Origin: Utricularia gibba
Taxonomy: Eukaryota > Plantae > Magnoliophyta
Direction of reading: 5' to 3'
Assembly: GCA_002189035.1 (NCBI GenBank)
Contig: NEEC01000027.1
Coordinates: forward strand, 248,001 to 312,000
Length of the DNA: 64,000 nt
The position numbers and the translations under genes were made by a program. Shown here in pieces: positions 23,401 to 36,769 of this stretch; within the stretch, counting starts at the first letter, position 1; each line of letters starts with the position of its first letter. The notes under the pieces were generated by a model, which saw nothing but the letters and a program-made list of their open reading frames with translations, was not told the DNA's origin and searched no databases.

Positions 23401-26400
23401 ATGTTCTTCTCCGGTGATCCATCCTCGCGGAAACGCGTGGATTTGAGAGGTCGGAGTTCCAAAGAGAGGGACCCTCAGAAACTTTTGAAGGATACGAGGA
23501 TGGAAAGGAACCGGCGCTTCTTGATACGTCAGCAGAATTCCGCTGCTCTCAAAATCCAGGTTTCTTCATATTGTCTACATTATGCGTCCACGAAGTTCAT
23601 CGTCGTGTGAGACTAAGACTAAGCATGTGTATGTAAAAGACTATATGCGCATTCTTGAGTGCGGATTTGCATACTTGGACCGAGAATAGAAGAAAGAAAC
23701 TGTGGCTGGTGAATGTGAATATCAATATTTTTGTGTTATATTTGTGGGTGGCCTCTGCCGTTTCTTTTCGGTAATTCCATTTATCTAGCGGTGTAATTTC
23801 GGTAATCCAATGTAACCCTTTCGTTGAAGTACGATATTTTTTGGGTTGTTATTCTTCAAAGGACGCAACTTGACTAATCATCACTCGCAGAAATGCTTTA
23901 GAGGAAGAAAGATGGTGGAAGCTGAACGCTGCAAAGTCCGAGAAGAGTTTTTTCTGAAATATGGCTATAATTGTGAAAATATCAATAGGTGAACCATCAT
24001 GTAAAATCATGCTTTTGTTTTTGAATTTATTGAAGTCCTTGAGTGTTTGTGTGTTCATCTGCTGCTTGTTGCACTTTTTTTAAGAGATGTGATTTACTAG
24101 AAGAAGTATATGGAGGACAATAAATTCATAATATCATTGAGATGATAGTAAAAATAGTATTATTGAGGCAGCAGGAAAATCTATATAGTTTCACCGGTAT
24201 AAGCTTGATCTTGATTCTTAACTCCATGTGATGGGAAGCACCAGTTACCTCTTCTATTCTGTCTAGGATTCAATGCCTTCTCTCTCTCTCTCTCTCTTTT
24301 TTTTTTTGTGTTCAGGGTGGTTAAATATCTTGCTTCTATGCAGGCAAAGCTTTGGACCGGATTCAAATTTAATTTTCCAGTTGAATTTTTTCTGTAATCC
24401 AAGATATGAGGCTGATTTTTCTGCCTTGGTCAAGATTTGCAGATCTCTCTCTGAATTCGTTCAAGATAGTGGTATGCTTCTCTCCATTTTTGCACTTTTT
24501 ATTTTCAATTTGTTCTCTTGGTTCCTTTTGGCTTTTCCATTGCTTTTGATCATCAAACGCTGTGACGCCTTGATGGCTATCCATTATGTGTTTTTTTTTT
24601 AACTCTTTCATCAATGAGAAACCCTTATATTTGGGTATCTTGTGTTTGTTAGACCAAACATTTTATCTTTAGTGTTATGTTCTATATAGTATGGTTAGAT
24701 ATCTATCCCTCGTTTTTTTTTCTGCTGCAGGTGATGTACAGAGTGTGTTTGCTGGTTTAGATTACGCATCCAACCATGATTTAGTTGACTTCAGAGTTAA
24801 GATTCTTGCGAAAGTTTGCATTCTTGCATTATATGAGAACAGGTATGGTCCAAGTTTCTGTGCTTCTTTACGTCTGTTGTATCTTTAGTGTCAACTCAGG
24901 CCTTGTGATTTACTTCCTGCCTTCTGAAGTGTCAGTCATGCTGAATTTATTGACCAGGATTTCGAAATACTTATGCTATTCACTTAGTTTAGTTTCTATT
25001 TCCACCTACTATTTAGGCTTTTTGTAACTAGATCTGTCGTTTCATTACTAACTCCAATATAGGTTTGTTGCAAAAATTTTATCTCTCTGTGAATTTTTCT
25101 TATCTTGTTTCCCCTTTGGAGTTAACAGAAGCCGTTTGAAAGACGAGTTGTTTCTAGCACCATCAAATACACCTTCACCAGCAACAATTTTGTTGGATAT
25201 GTTAGTTTTTCTGTTTGATGGAAGGCTTCCTTGGGCTTGTAAAACAACAAGTTATTTGTTAGAGAGAAATGCTTACCTAATGTTCAGAGAGATGATTCAA
25301 ATGGCAAAGGTACTTAGATTTTTCTCTTTTTCTCATGCTGACTGAGCATAACATACCATGGACCACTCTAGATCTTGCCGTTCTAGATTCCCTTGCTTAT
25401 TCTACTTGGTATGCCCCATCTCCTCGCCACCATTGTGCTTTTTTCTATGGAATCACTTGTAATTAGCCTTCTTTGTGTATAAAAAATGAGGCTGCATTAT
25501 GATGAAGAAATCACAGTACGATAATAACCTCCATTCATTGATTGAAGCTCATGGTTTATGCGCTCTTGAAGTTTTATTCTGCTTTTCTGTTAGTTCGTTG
25601 GTGGTAATTCCTGTCCGTGTATTCTTATAGACAAATCCACAAGATTCTACTGGATTTTTCTCCTCAGTGGAACGTGTACTGGTCCTCTTTATCTCTCACG
25701 TGGGTCTAGAAACTTGTAGTTGTCTGAATTATGATCCTGGGATGAGTTTTGCAAGCCAAATTCTCGTAATCCCCTTTATATGGAAGCTGTTTCCACACCT
25801 GAAAGAGGTAGATTGCAGAATTTTTGTTTTGGTTCCCCTTTGTGCAGCTAAATTGTTATATTTTTTTGCTTGCTTACGTATTCAAATTTTAGATCCTAAC
25901 TTTCTGTTGTGTCATACTTTGTTGATGATATCGCTAAAAAATCCAGGTTTTTGCATCATATGTTGGCAAAAGCTACACTCACAAGATGGCAATTTTCTTG
26001 AAAGAGCATTCCAACCTTCTACCTAATGATACCTCTGGTGACTTACCCAGTCATGCCTGCCTCCTAATAAACTTACTAGAAGCTGCTAAGCTTTCTGTCT
26101 CACAGCCTAGTTCATGTGCTTGGGTAATTCTGTTTTCTCTTGTTGGTGGTCTTGCATTTGCATCCTCACCGAAATACTGTGAACAATGTTCTGTATGTTG
26201 TATTGTTTCATTGCAGCGCTTCAGCAACAATGAAAATTTTATAGTTTCTGTATTCAGTAATTTTGTTTTCTTGAATGCACCAAACCTTGTCAATGAAATG
26301 CACCTCAAGTGATTCACAAAGATAACTCAATACCAAATAGCATGTCAAATTCAAGGGTTTTCATTATACAGTCACATTGGACTTGAATCTTCTAGGTTTT

Positions 26401-29400
26401 CTTAAGATATGAACACCTCGATTTCTCTTGAAAAACCTTCTGAACATCTTGATATCTCCCAACCGTAAAAAAGATGTCTGCTATGGATTGCTGCTGGCTT
26501 GTTGATTGGTATAACATTTACTATTTCTGATATCTACGCCCAGGCAGTGGATTTTTCTGTGGTCATGACATTCCTGCTTCAAAAACTTTCTCAAATTTTG
26601 AATGGAGGTTAGAGTACCATATATTGCTCAGAAATCTCACTTTCTGCATTTTTTGTCTGAATTTCACAGGATCTTTTCTGTAATCAAATTAGTTTTTATA
26701 GTTTTTCTTCTTTAATTTTCTTCAGAAACGACAGTAGATGAAGACGAAATGCTTATAAGTGAGTCTCATGAAGAAGTTCTACATAAAGATCTAAAACAAC
26801 ATATATTCAATGCTCTAGAGCCACAATTTCTTCAGCAATTGGTATGTACCCATTACCTTTTTCACAATATATTGTGTGATCTCACATTTGATGGTTTTTT
26901 TGCATTTTTCAAGATAAATGTTCTGTTGGGGGAGATGACTCTTGGAAGCGGTTTGCAGAAAGGGAAGCCAAATGATAAAGAGGTTGCTGCTGTTATTGCA
27001 GCTTGCTCTCTTCTGCATGCAACCTTTAACATCTTGCCCCTTGAGCGGATTATGACTGTTCTAGCATATAGGACAGAGCTTGTTCCTATTCTATGGAACT
27101 TTATGAAGAGATGTCATGAAAATGATATGTGGCCTTCAGTGTCTAAGCAATCAGCTTATTTCACAACAGATGCATCTGGTTGGCTGTTGCCGGTTGCTGT
27201 ATTTTGTCCTGTTTACAAGTAAAAACATATGCTGCTGTACTGAATGTTTCCTTTTCCTTGCAACTTCATACCCTATTTGAACTTATTTCTATAGTTTGAA
27301 AAAAGAGAGGCATAAGTTTCCTTCTATTCACCAGGCACATGCTAATGATTGTTGATAATGAGGAGTTTTATGAACATGAGAAGCCACTTTCATTGAAGGA
27401 CATTCGATTTTTGATTGTCTTCTTGAGAGACGTAAGTTTCTCGTGATGGTTTTGCATTTAAAATTTCTATGGTGCTTATTTGCTTCTTTTCAGGCATTAT
27501 GGCAAATTCTCTGGTTGAATCCTATTGCAATCGCCAGTTTCTCATTGTCTGGAGGTGCCCTTGTCGCTTTAAAGAGACGCCCCGTAGAGTTTCTTCAGTA
27601 CAGGGTTTGCATGGCAGCTTCAGAGCTCATGTCTCAGGTACTTGAAGTTAAATGCAGGAAGGTGCAATTAGAAAAAAATTGAAAAAAAAAAAACTTTTTG
27701 ATAAGCTTGACTAGTTCCACAATGCTCTATAGTTGCAAGACTGGAATAACAGGCGAGAATTTACTTTCCCTAGCGACTTTAGTGTTGATGGTGCCAGGGA
27801 GATTTTTGTGAATCAGGTAGCAGTTTTGGCCTAATATTTTGGATGTATCGAGTAAAGAAAAATACTTGACTTCCGTTTTCTTGCTTCTAGGCAAATACAG
27901 AGAGTTCAAGAGCGGCTGACATTTTGAAACTTGCTCCATTCTTGGTCCCATTCACAAGCAGGGCTAAGATATTTAACGTAAGCAAATTCAGTTGAATATT
28001 TTGGTACTTTAACCTCCAGTTTAAGTTAATATTGGATTCAAACCGCTGACCCTGCTTTACTATGTTCTTTTTGATCCAGGCACAACTGGAGGCAAAGAGA
28101 AAAAGAGATGGTGCTCATGCTATTTTTGCAAGAACGAGATTTAAGATACGAAGAGATCATATTCTAGAGGATGCATTCAGCCAACTAAATTCCTTATCTG
28201 AAGAAGATCTTAGAGGAGTGGTGGGTTCTTTTCTCCTTTTCTGTTCTTTCAAATAAAATGCTTATCCAAAAGATCAGATCTTCCATACTGCTAACTGATA
28301 ATGATGTCTGGTTTTGTATCCAGATTCGCGTGACTTTTGTCAATGAATTAGGAGTTGAGGAGGCTGGCATTGATGGAGGAGGAATCTTCAAAGACTTCAT
28401 GGAAAATATTACACGTGCTGCATTTGATGTGCAGTATGGTTTATTCAAGGTTGGCGACATACTTGGGATTATATATAGTTGTTTGATTGCATAGTCAGTG
28501 ATCTGCATGAAAGAATGCAAGTCTAGCCTCTTACAACATGGACACCACTTTGCTCTCTTAGGCTCCTTACGGAGATGGGCCATTCTGTTAATTCTTTGAT
28601 GCATCGACATTGTACGCTTGCTCCTTTCCCCAGCTTGTATCTATATTAGCACATGTCTTGCGCTATTTTGTGGAAGTGTTAACCACGTCCCTTCTTCTAA
28701 TTAATGCATGCTTTGGTGATGTTTCACTAGAACCTTGAAAATTAGGTTAATTTAGTCAGTTTGAATTGTTGATTATGATTTCTCTTGCAGTGCCTTGCTA
28801 CTTATATGATAATTGATCGGGTTTTCTTTGGTTGGTGGTAAACTGCTGTGTCTGTCTTTGTTAGGAAACTGCAGATCACCTGCTTTACCCAAATCCAGGA
28901 TCGGCACTTGTGCATGAAAATCATCTTCAGTTTTTCTACTTTCTCGGGACGATCCTTGCTAAGGTATTAGGGCACTTGTTCATAATGTGTTCAACCCTTG
29001 CACACACACACACACCTCCCCCCCCCCCCTCCCCCCCTTCCTGGTAGCTTCAGTACGTTGTTTTCCAACTGAGTTCCTATGGAGCAATATGTCAGTCATG
29101 GTTGGGACATCATGCCTTTGCTTCAACTTTTTGATTGCAGTCTCTATTTAAAATAAAAATAAAAGCTTTTTTCATCAATGTGTGATTGTGATACAATAAG
29201 CCAACTTCATCGTGATTGAGCTTTGTGTCATCTGCATACAACATAATATCACTGTTTGTGTCAGTTTCCACCTCTATGGATTATGCCAAGTTACAAAAGT
29301 CATTCATGTAGTTCCTCCAGCGGTATGGATGATCCGTTTGGTGATTATCCCATAATGTGTCCCTTATCAGAGTTCAAGGCCATTATTGTTCGTTGGCTAC

Positions 29401-31545
29401 ATAATCTCTTGACTGGTTTTGTTAAGAAGAATTGTGTTTCCAATTAAATTGGGTGATCCTGGTTTCTACTCATTTTTTAATCGGCAAGGTTTTTTTAGCA
29501 CATAGGCACACTACGCATGGGGTTTCATCCCCAGATCTCGGGGAGGAATACCACTAGGTTGTAAAGATTTGCCGAGTCTTCATTCTACCGTAACGTGGAA
29601 GTTGCCTTGTAGGCTATGTTCGAAGGAATTTTGGTTGATATACCGTTCGCAACATTCTTCTTAAGCAAACTGAAGCAAAAGTAAGTTTATTTTTTCTTTC
29701 GAGTTAAGTGCAAATTTTATTGTTTTCTATTCTAAAAGCATCGTATAAATTCATGTTGTTCGAACATTTCATGTCAAAATCCTGTCTCACAAATTGCCAT
29801 CCGTGGGCATTGTGTTTTAGATCTTGATTTTCTTCTTGCCCAGGTATAACTATCTTAACGACTTACCCTCCCTGGACCCAGAATTATATCGCCATCTAAT
29901 TTTCCTGAAGGTAAATATCATTGTATTTGTATCTATTCATTCCAATGTTTTTTTGGTAGCAGTCTAGGATACATTACAGGAAACAGCCAGACTAATTTGC
30001 TTAAAAATGGAAACGTTGTGTTGTAATCATGGATCAATCCTTTTGTCATCTAATCAAGAGTGTCAAAGTCTATCCCGTAGGAATATCATTCACTGCACAA
30101 GAATCCTCTCAATTGATTTTTTATTGTTTGATCGCTCTAACGATGTTGCAGCATTACAAGGATGACTTCTCCAAATTAGAATTATACTTCGTTATTGTTA
30201 ACAATGAGTATGGCGAGCAAAATGAAGAAGAACTTCTTCCTGGAGGCAAAAGTATGAGGGTGACGAGTGAAAATGTTATACAGTTCATCCATTTACTAGC
30301 CAATCACAGGCTGAACTTTCAGGTAGTGCCCATGCTATTTCTTTTAAAGCTTCAATTATTTTTGCGTATGCTTAACGCATGACTCAAGCTCTAATAACCT
30401 TCAGATACGCCAACAAAGTGCACATTTTCTGAGAGGCTTTCAACAACTAATCCAAAAAGATTGGATTGACATGTTTAACGAGCATGAATTTCAGGTCCAT
30501 TATGGTTTTCCACGTATATTATCTAATGCTTAGAGCATTCTTAAAATAAGGACCAATGTGTATCTGATGAATACATGATTTCCATGACTCGCTAGTAACA
30601 AAATGAGTTTCTAAGTCACTAGCATTCTGATAGGAGATCAACTTTGATTAATGTGATGCTTCATTTTCTTTTTTTCTTCACCAGCTTCTTATATCTGGAT
30701 CAGTTGATGAATTTGATATTGATGATCTGCGATCACATACCAATTACACAGGTGGTTATCATGCGGTAAGTATAGAGTTATTTTATTCCCAGTATGCTAT
30801 TTTCCATTGATGTCTACTTAGTGCATACTTGTTGGTGCGGAAGACCTTGTATAAATATGAAATGCCATTACCATATTTTCTTGACAGGACCATTATGTTA
30901 TAACGATGTTTTGGAACGTCATTCAGAATCTTGGCTTGGAGCATCAGAGAAAATTTTTGAAGTATGAGTCTTTCTGGAGCCTGCTGGTGTTGTTAGTTGA
31001 CAGAGTATCATGAGGAGAAAACATTTTTGTTACCTTCTCCACTATTCAATGCATTTTTTTTACAACTTGAATTCAGCGGTTTCATTCTTAGGGTCATGCC
31101 TTCTCCTATTATTTCGTAGATATGATGTTTCTTGCATAAACATGGTTTCCTCTATTTTCTTCTTAGATTTGCAACAGGATGCTCACGGGGGCCTTTGCTT
31201 GGATTCAAGCACTTGGAGCCACGCTTCTGCATTCAAAGGCAGATTAGCCTAATCACTTTGATTATCGGTTGAGCCTCTGATTAGATGCTAAAAATGGTTT
31301 CCATCAACAGGACCGCTGGTGAGGCCTCGGAGCAAGCACTTGATCGGCTGCCAACATCTGCCACGTGCATGAATCTCCTTAAGCTCCCTCCTTACTCGAG
31401 GTTCGTTCAGCATACAAGTCTTTCTGGTCCATCGAGTGTAGTGGAGCTGCGCTATGATATCATTGTTTTGTCCTACAGCAAAGAGCAAATGGAGCAGAAA
31501 CTTCTGTATGCTATAAACAGCACCACCGGGTTCGACTTGAGCTAA
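23401..31545 (+). CDS. UPL6: HECT E3 ubiquitin ligase UPL6 (UBE3C-like, IQ + HECT), ~26 exons
   Basis: MFFSGDPSSRKRVDLRGRSSKERD...AALKIQKCFRGRK; IRVTFVNELGVEEAGIDGGGIFKDFMENITRAAFDVQYGLFK; YNYLNDLPSLDPELYRHLIFLK; DRLPTSATCMNLLKLPPY...GFDLS*. The exons I traced are in frame. Confidence 0.96.
24279..24308. repeat. (TC)9 microsatellite followed by a T run, intronic in UPL6
   Basis: Read directly from the sequence. Confidence 0.9.
29001..29037. repeat. (CA)7 microsatellite plus C12/C7 homopolymers, intronic in UPL6
   Basis: cacacacacacacacctccccccccccccctccccccc. Confidence 0.9.
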
Positions 31546-31931
31546 CTGTGGGCAGTCAGTCATATCCATGAAAGCGCCGCGATGCTTCTACGGGTTGCTT
31601 GAAGCAGGCAGAATTTGCGACCGTCGGCCTATTCTGCTTGTATGATGAATTCCCCATCTCTGTGATCTCCGGCGTGTGTAGTGACCAGAGTGACTTCACA
31701 AGGAAAAAGCACGGAGGATGCGGCAGCTATCTCCCCTGAGTCCTTTCGCTTGTGAATATTCTGTATAGCGGATACGTGATATTTCTCCGCCGGATTGTCT
31801 CTCATTTTGTAACAACGACTTTATCCAGAAAATAGAAAAAGCAAAACACCATTTAAAGCTGAACACGTGGAAGGTGAAAATGAGGCCCTTGCTCGTTTCG
31901 GAGTCCGACGCCGCCTCCTAGCAGCTTGTGT

Positions 31932-33419
31932 ATGGAATCCTCTTCGGCGCTGGGTTTAAAGGCGGCGATGGGACCTGGTCGTCGTTCAACGGCACCAGTG
32001 GCTGTTCGGCTCCTGTGTTCCTCATTGGGTTTCCGCAGCCGTTTTCGCCGAAATTGAAGCTGAGGAGACGCGGTGCTGTGGTGGTTGCAGCCAAGAAAGA
32101 CGGTAAATCCAGAAAAGAAGATAAGCACAGCTTCGTTGCTCGGCCGGATGAATCCACAGGGCTTTTCCCCGAAGCAGTGCTTCTCAAAGAGGTCGTCTAC
32201 ACTTTCGTTTTCTTGTCATCCCGACGATCGTGAGTGCTTTGGGTAAAAATGGATAATTTGGTGGACTTTTGTTGCTGTTTATGTTTTAACAGAGAAAGGT
32301 AGCACATGATGGGAAGCGTTTGCCGGAGTTCGCGGATGCTGAGGAGCGTGAGTTATTACATTGCTTTTCTTTCTCCTTTTTCTTTATGGCTTTTGTAATG
32401 GCTACTTGGAGAATCTGAAGAGGATGACGTACGTAAACTTCGAGTTGCAGGTGAACTGTTTGAAGCTTTAAATCTGCAGCTTGAAAGCGATTTGGACACT
32501 GACAGGGGTAAGGCCTTGCACTTTCTCCGTTGGCCTGAACATATACATTACCTGATTTTGCTTTCCGTTTGATTGACTGCTGTTAACTCAGAGTTGGGAT
32601 GTGATGAACATGATTCCTTAGTGGAAGTTTGCTTGATTTCGTATGGATGAGGGCTTCTAATCTCGTCCATTTTATGCCAACCCTTTTCAGAAAATTTAAC
32701 CGTGAATTAATCGGTCCTGTTCTGTTCTTCCCGACAGTGCGACACTATGAAGTGGTGTACCTGGTCCACGAGAAGCACAAAGATGAGGTCGAAAATGTGA
32801 ACTCCAAAGTTAAAGGTGATCTATCTTTTCATGTGAGAAAATATGAAGCTTGCAATTCCCTATGCTTCGCATAATTCTGGTTGTAGCTGACTCTGTTCTA
32901 TTGATTACAAGATCACATTCTTTTCATACGTGTGCGAAATTTCCTTTCGTTTCATGTGAAGAAATCTGAAACTCGTTCTTTAGGCAAGAACGCTGTGCAC
33001 AATGTTTGTTTTGTGAGGTGAGCCTTGTGGTTTTGTCATTTTTCTATGCTTATTCCACAGATTTCCTGAGAGAAAAGAAGGGGAAAATATGGAGATTCAG
33101 TGACTGGGGAATGCGTAGGTTGGCATACAAAATACAGAAAGCAAAGAATGCACATTATATTCTTATGAACTTCCAACTGGAAGCTGAGTGGATCAACGAT
33201 TTTAAGAGCATGCTGGATAGTGATGGCAGAGTGATCAGACATCTTGTGATTAAAAGAGACATGGCAGAGACAGACGACTGTCCTCCACCTCCAGAGTTTC
33301 ACACATTACGTTCTGATATGAGCGACGCCTATGATGATGAGGATGCAATTTACGTGGACGATGAGGATGAAGAGGAAGAGGAAGAGGATAGTGAAGTAGC
33401 CATTAGTGGGGTGGAATGA
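31932..33419 (+). CDS. RFC3: Plastid bS6-domain protein RFC3 (REGULATOR OF FATTY ACID COMPOSITION 3), 5 exons, with an apparent 1-nt frameshift in the transit peptide
   Basis: HSFVARPDESTGLFPEAVLLKE, LPEFADAEE, RHYEVVYLVHE, WRFSDWGMRRLAYKIQKAKNAHYILMN, DCPPPPEFH and an acidic tail. ATG 31932 (MES...) is out of frame with the rest of exon 1. Confidence 0.88.
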
Positions 33420-33565
33420 CAAGGGAAGGTCAATAGCCCTGTGGTATCTCAAAGTGTTACCATGCTCTTTTGCCAAACATTCCACCGTTTTGAATTTGAA
33501 TGAACTCTACTTTTGTGTAGGCAGTTGAGACTTGAAGAATGTACTGTACATAAAACTGGAGCCTG

Positions 33566-35577
33566 TCAGCATCCCGGTTCAGGAGACAACACGGCATTCA
33601 TTTGATTCATTGCTCCTGAAATCCCAACCCTGCTAACTAAACTCCGTACCACACAGCTCCATATGGAAGCACCCGGGGTGATCCCATCGCTTATCATGGC
33701 TCGAAGTTGACACTCAGCTGCATCGAAATCAAACTTCTTGCATAAGCCATATATCAGACTAGTGTAACCAGCGGTATCACAGCTCAGCCCCTCCTTCCTC
33801 GATGATTCCAAAACTTTTGTAGCTGATTCAATGTCACCCTGCTTAGAGTATGCTTCAATCAGCGTGTTCAAAGTGAAAGAATCCGGCACCAGCCCTTGCC
33901 TTAACATCCTTGCCACAAGCTTCTCAGCCTGCTTGAGGTCGCCAAATAGGCACTGGCCATGAATCATGGTGTTGTATGCCACCAAGTTGAGTTTGATGCC
34001 CTTGTTTTCCATCTCAGTCGCGAGATCTGAAGCAAGCCTTTTCCTGTTACCTTTGTATAGACCATCCAGCAACTCATTATATGTCCTAACATCGGGCTTG
34101 CATCCATGCCTTTCCATTTCAGACAGCATCTCCATCGCCCAGTCTACCCGGCCTGCTGCGCACAAGCCTTCAATGAAGACGTTGAACGTAACAGTGTTTG
34201 GAGGAGACTTATCTCTGATCATGGATTGGATAACATCATAAGCCTGATGGAGCATGGAGTTCTTGCAGAGTGCTTCCACCATGCAGGTGTAAATTATGAC
34301 ATTTGGGCGACAACCAGCGACGATCATCTTGTTCCAAATATCAGATGCACCAAGCAAATCCCCAGACTTTGCATAACCATTCATGAGGGTGCCAAAGGTT
34401 GTGATGGTCGGAAGGCAGCCATTAGCCTTCATCATTTCAACAATTGACAAAGAATCATCCATCATCCCAGCCAAGCATAGACTGTGAATCAGTGTGTTGT
34501 ATGTAACTTCATTCGGAAAAACCGCATCTTTTAACATCTGAATCAACACTTGCCGCGCTTCGAGCCATCTTCCAGATAAAGAGAGCCCTTTTATCAAGGC
34601 AGTGAATGTGCGAACATTTGGAAAGCACCCTTTTACAAACATTTTTGCCAGAACAGCAAGTGCGAGCTCGATTTGCCGTGTTTCGCTGAGACCATTCAAA
34701 ATTGTTGTGTATGTAATCACATTTGGAGTCACTGTCCTCTCCTTCATGATATCCAGCAATCCTAATGCTTCTCTAATATTCCCTTCTTGGCAGAATCCAC
34801 TTATCAGTGCATTATACGCCGGAACACTCGGAATAAACTTCAAAATCAACTCACTGGCCTCTTTCACCTGGCCATTTTTACACAAAAACGATATGATTGT
34901 TGAATAACTCACATCATCTGGCTCACATCCCTTGCTCGCCATCTCTTCCAGCAACCTCAGAGCTGCAGAAAAGCTACTATTCTTACACAGTGCTTTCAAA
35001 AGAATGTTGTAAGTATACACGTTTGGCTCCAAGCCATCATTCTTCATGTTGTTATACAGGGGACTGATCATATGGAACTTACTCTCCCTAAGCAATGCAT
35101 CCAGTACATGATTATATATCCTCACCGTAGGTACACAACTAAACTCACGAATCCGATAGAAAGTTTTCAATACCTGCTCAACTGTTCCACAATGACCATA
35201 TGATTTAAGCACACTAACGAACACATCTTCTGAGCAATTTATCCCTTCCAACTTCATCTGTTGAAGAAGATACTGCATAACATCAACCTCCCCTCTACCC
35301 GCAAGCTTTTCGATCATTGCACCATATGTCCTGGGGTGTGCTTAAAAGAGCACGCATTGGTCACAAATTTGAAGTACTCTAATGATAGTGTAATATCATT
35401 TTCGCATCTCAACTTATTCAACACTTGACTTTCCTTCAGAAAAACTGCCGCAGCTTTCTCATTCTGCTCATCCCCCTTATTTTCCTCAAACTGAAAAGAC
35501 GGATTCGTGTTAAGGATGAAAGGGATAGAAGGCCTGCGCACTTTTAACATCAACGAGCGTCCCTCCCTCAAATACAT
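33566..35577 (-). CDS. P-class pentatricopeptide repeat protein, single exon, split by a 1-nt frameshift at ~35333-35336
   Basis: The N-terminal part MYLREGRSLMLKV...SFKHTP continues in another frame as TYGAMIEKLA...; many PPR motifs follow (PNVYTYNILLKALCK, PNVITYTTILNGLS, PNEVTYNTLIHSLC, PNTVTFNVFIEGLC). Confidence 0.92.
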
Positions 35578-36769
35578 CAATAGAATCGGGTTCAATCCAA
35601 GAGACGACAGACATACAGCAGTACAGCTCTCTGAAAACCTAAAACTAGAGCCACGCTCATGTCGTTAACCAGCTTCACCACTAGGTTCTAATTCATCAAT
35701 TGCAGGAGAAGAAAGATCAACAGCGGTGAGAGCGAGGAGGAAAAAAAAATCTACACAACTTGGAAATCAGGATACCTCTCTTGCGTTACCCCCAGGCCAC
35801 ATTTTACATCCAGATTCGACTGCGTATGGTAAGCTCGGACCTCTTCAACTAAAGACGCTGCCGGAATCCCTATACATTCCGTCGATCTCGTTGACGCTGG
35901 CATTTCGATATCCCGAAAAACTCGCCGGAGAAACATCCCTCAACCACCGCACTCGAGGTTCTGCAGTGGTTTCCTTTCCGCAAAATCGCCGTCTGACGAG
36001 GAAGCAACGCATCTCAAGCGCGGGGTAGAAACTGGATTGGGCCACTTTGCAGGCCAAATTATTGGGCCATCTTATTTGGCGCTCCAGCAACGAAATGGGA
36101 CCCATAAAACATTTTGCGTTGTTTTTTTTTTTTTTTTGTAGTTTCAGTCATAACAAAAAAATAAAATAATCTAAACATGCATTAGGCAGGCGGCCGGTGA
36201 TTGCCGATCGGGGAGGTAGACCCGAAGGCAAGTGGGGACTGGGGCAGGCATGTGCAACAACAGGATTTGGGAGTAGTGAAAGCACCACTCACCAGATTCC
36301 GTAGGTGTGCCCACGTGAAATCCTCCAGCCTGTCACCACTTTATTACAAAATTAATCAAGAAAATAATTAAGTTTGGATCTTGTGCGTAATGTCCCAAAA
36401 GACTATCAGTAAACTACATATACATAAAATATTAAGATACACAAGTATCCTCCAACGGGTTTGGTGTTTTGAGTGTAGAATTTTTCGCATCGAAAATTGA
36501 ATTAAAAAATCAATACCATTTTGGCGTGGTCTCTTCCTGCAAATGGCCTTGATTCCACAGAAAACTACAAAACTACACACGCAAGTTTGCACAAGTGACT
36601 CCCTGCAAATAGTGGGCATGGAATCAGGGTAGAGGACAAGGTAAAATATCCCTTCTCAAAAAATAATAAAAACAGTTAGTCTATCCATTGTCAAGAGGAA
36701 ACACACAAAAACTCAACTATGTATTTATTTATTTATCAGATTAACGTGAAAGAGAAAGGGAGATTCACG

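Noticed and set aside
29018-29037. G12/G7 tracts on the minus strand as a G-quadruplex
   Set aside because: A simple intronic homopolymer whose length is unreliable given the indel pattern, with no functional evidence.
32599-32670. GTGATGA C-box-like motif in an RFC3 intron
   Set aside because: No matching D box, terminal stem or rRNA-complementary guide.
35768-35775. GTATCCTG as a U12-type donor in the PPR leader
   Set aside because: It deviates from GTATCCTT, and no TCCTTAAC branch site is visible downstream.
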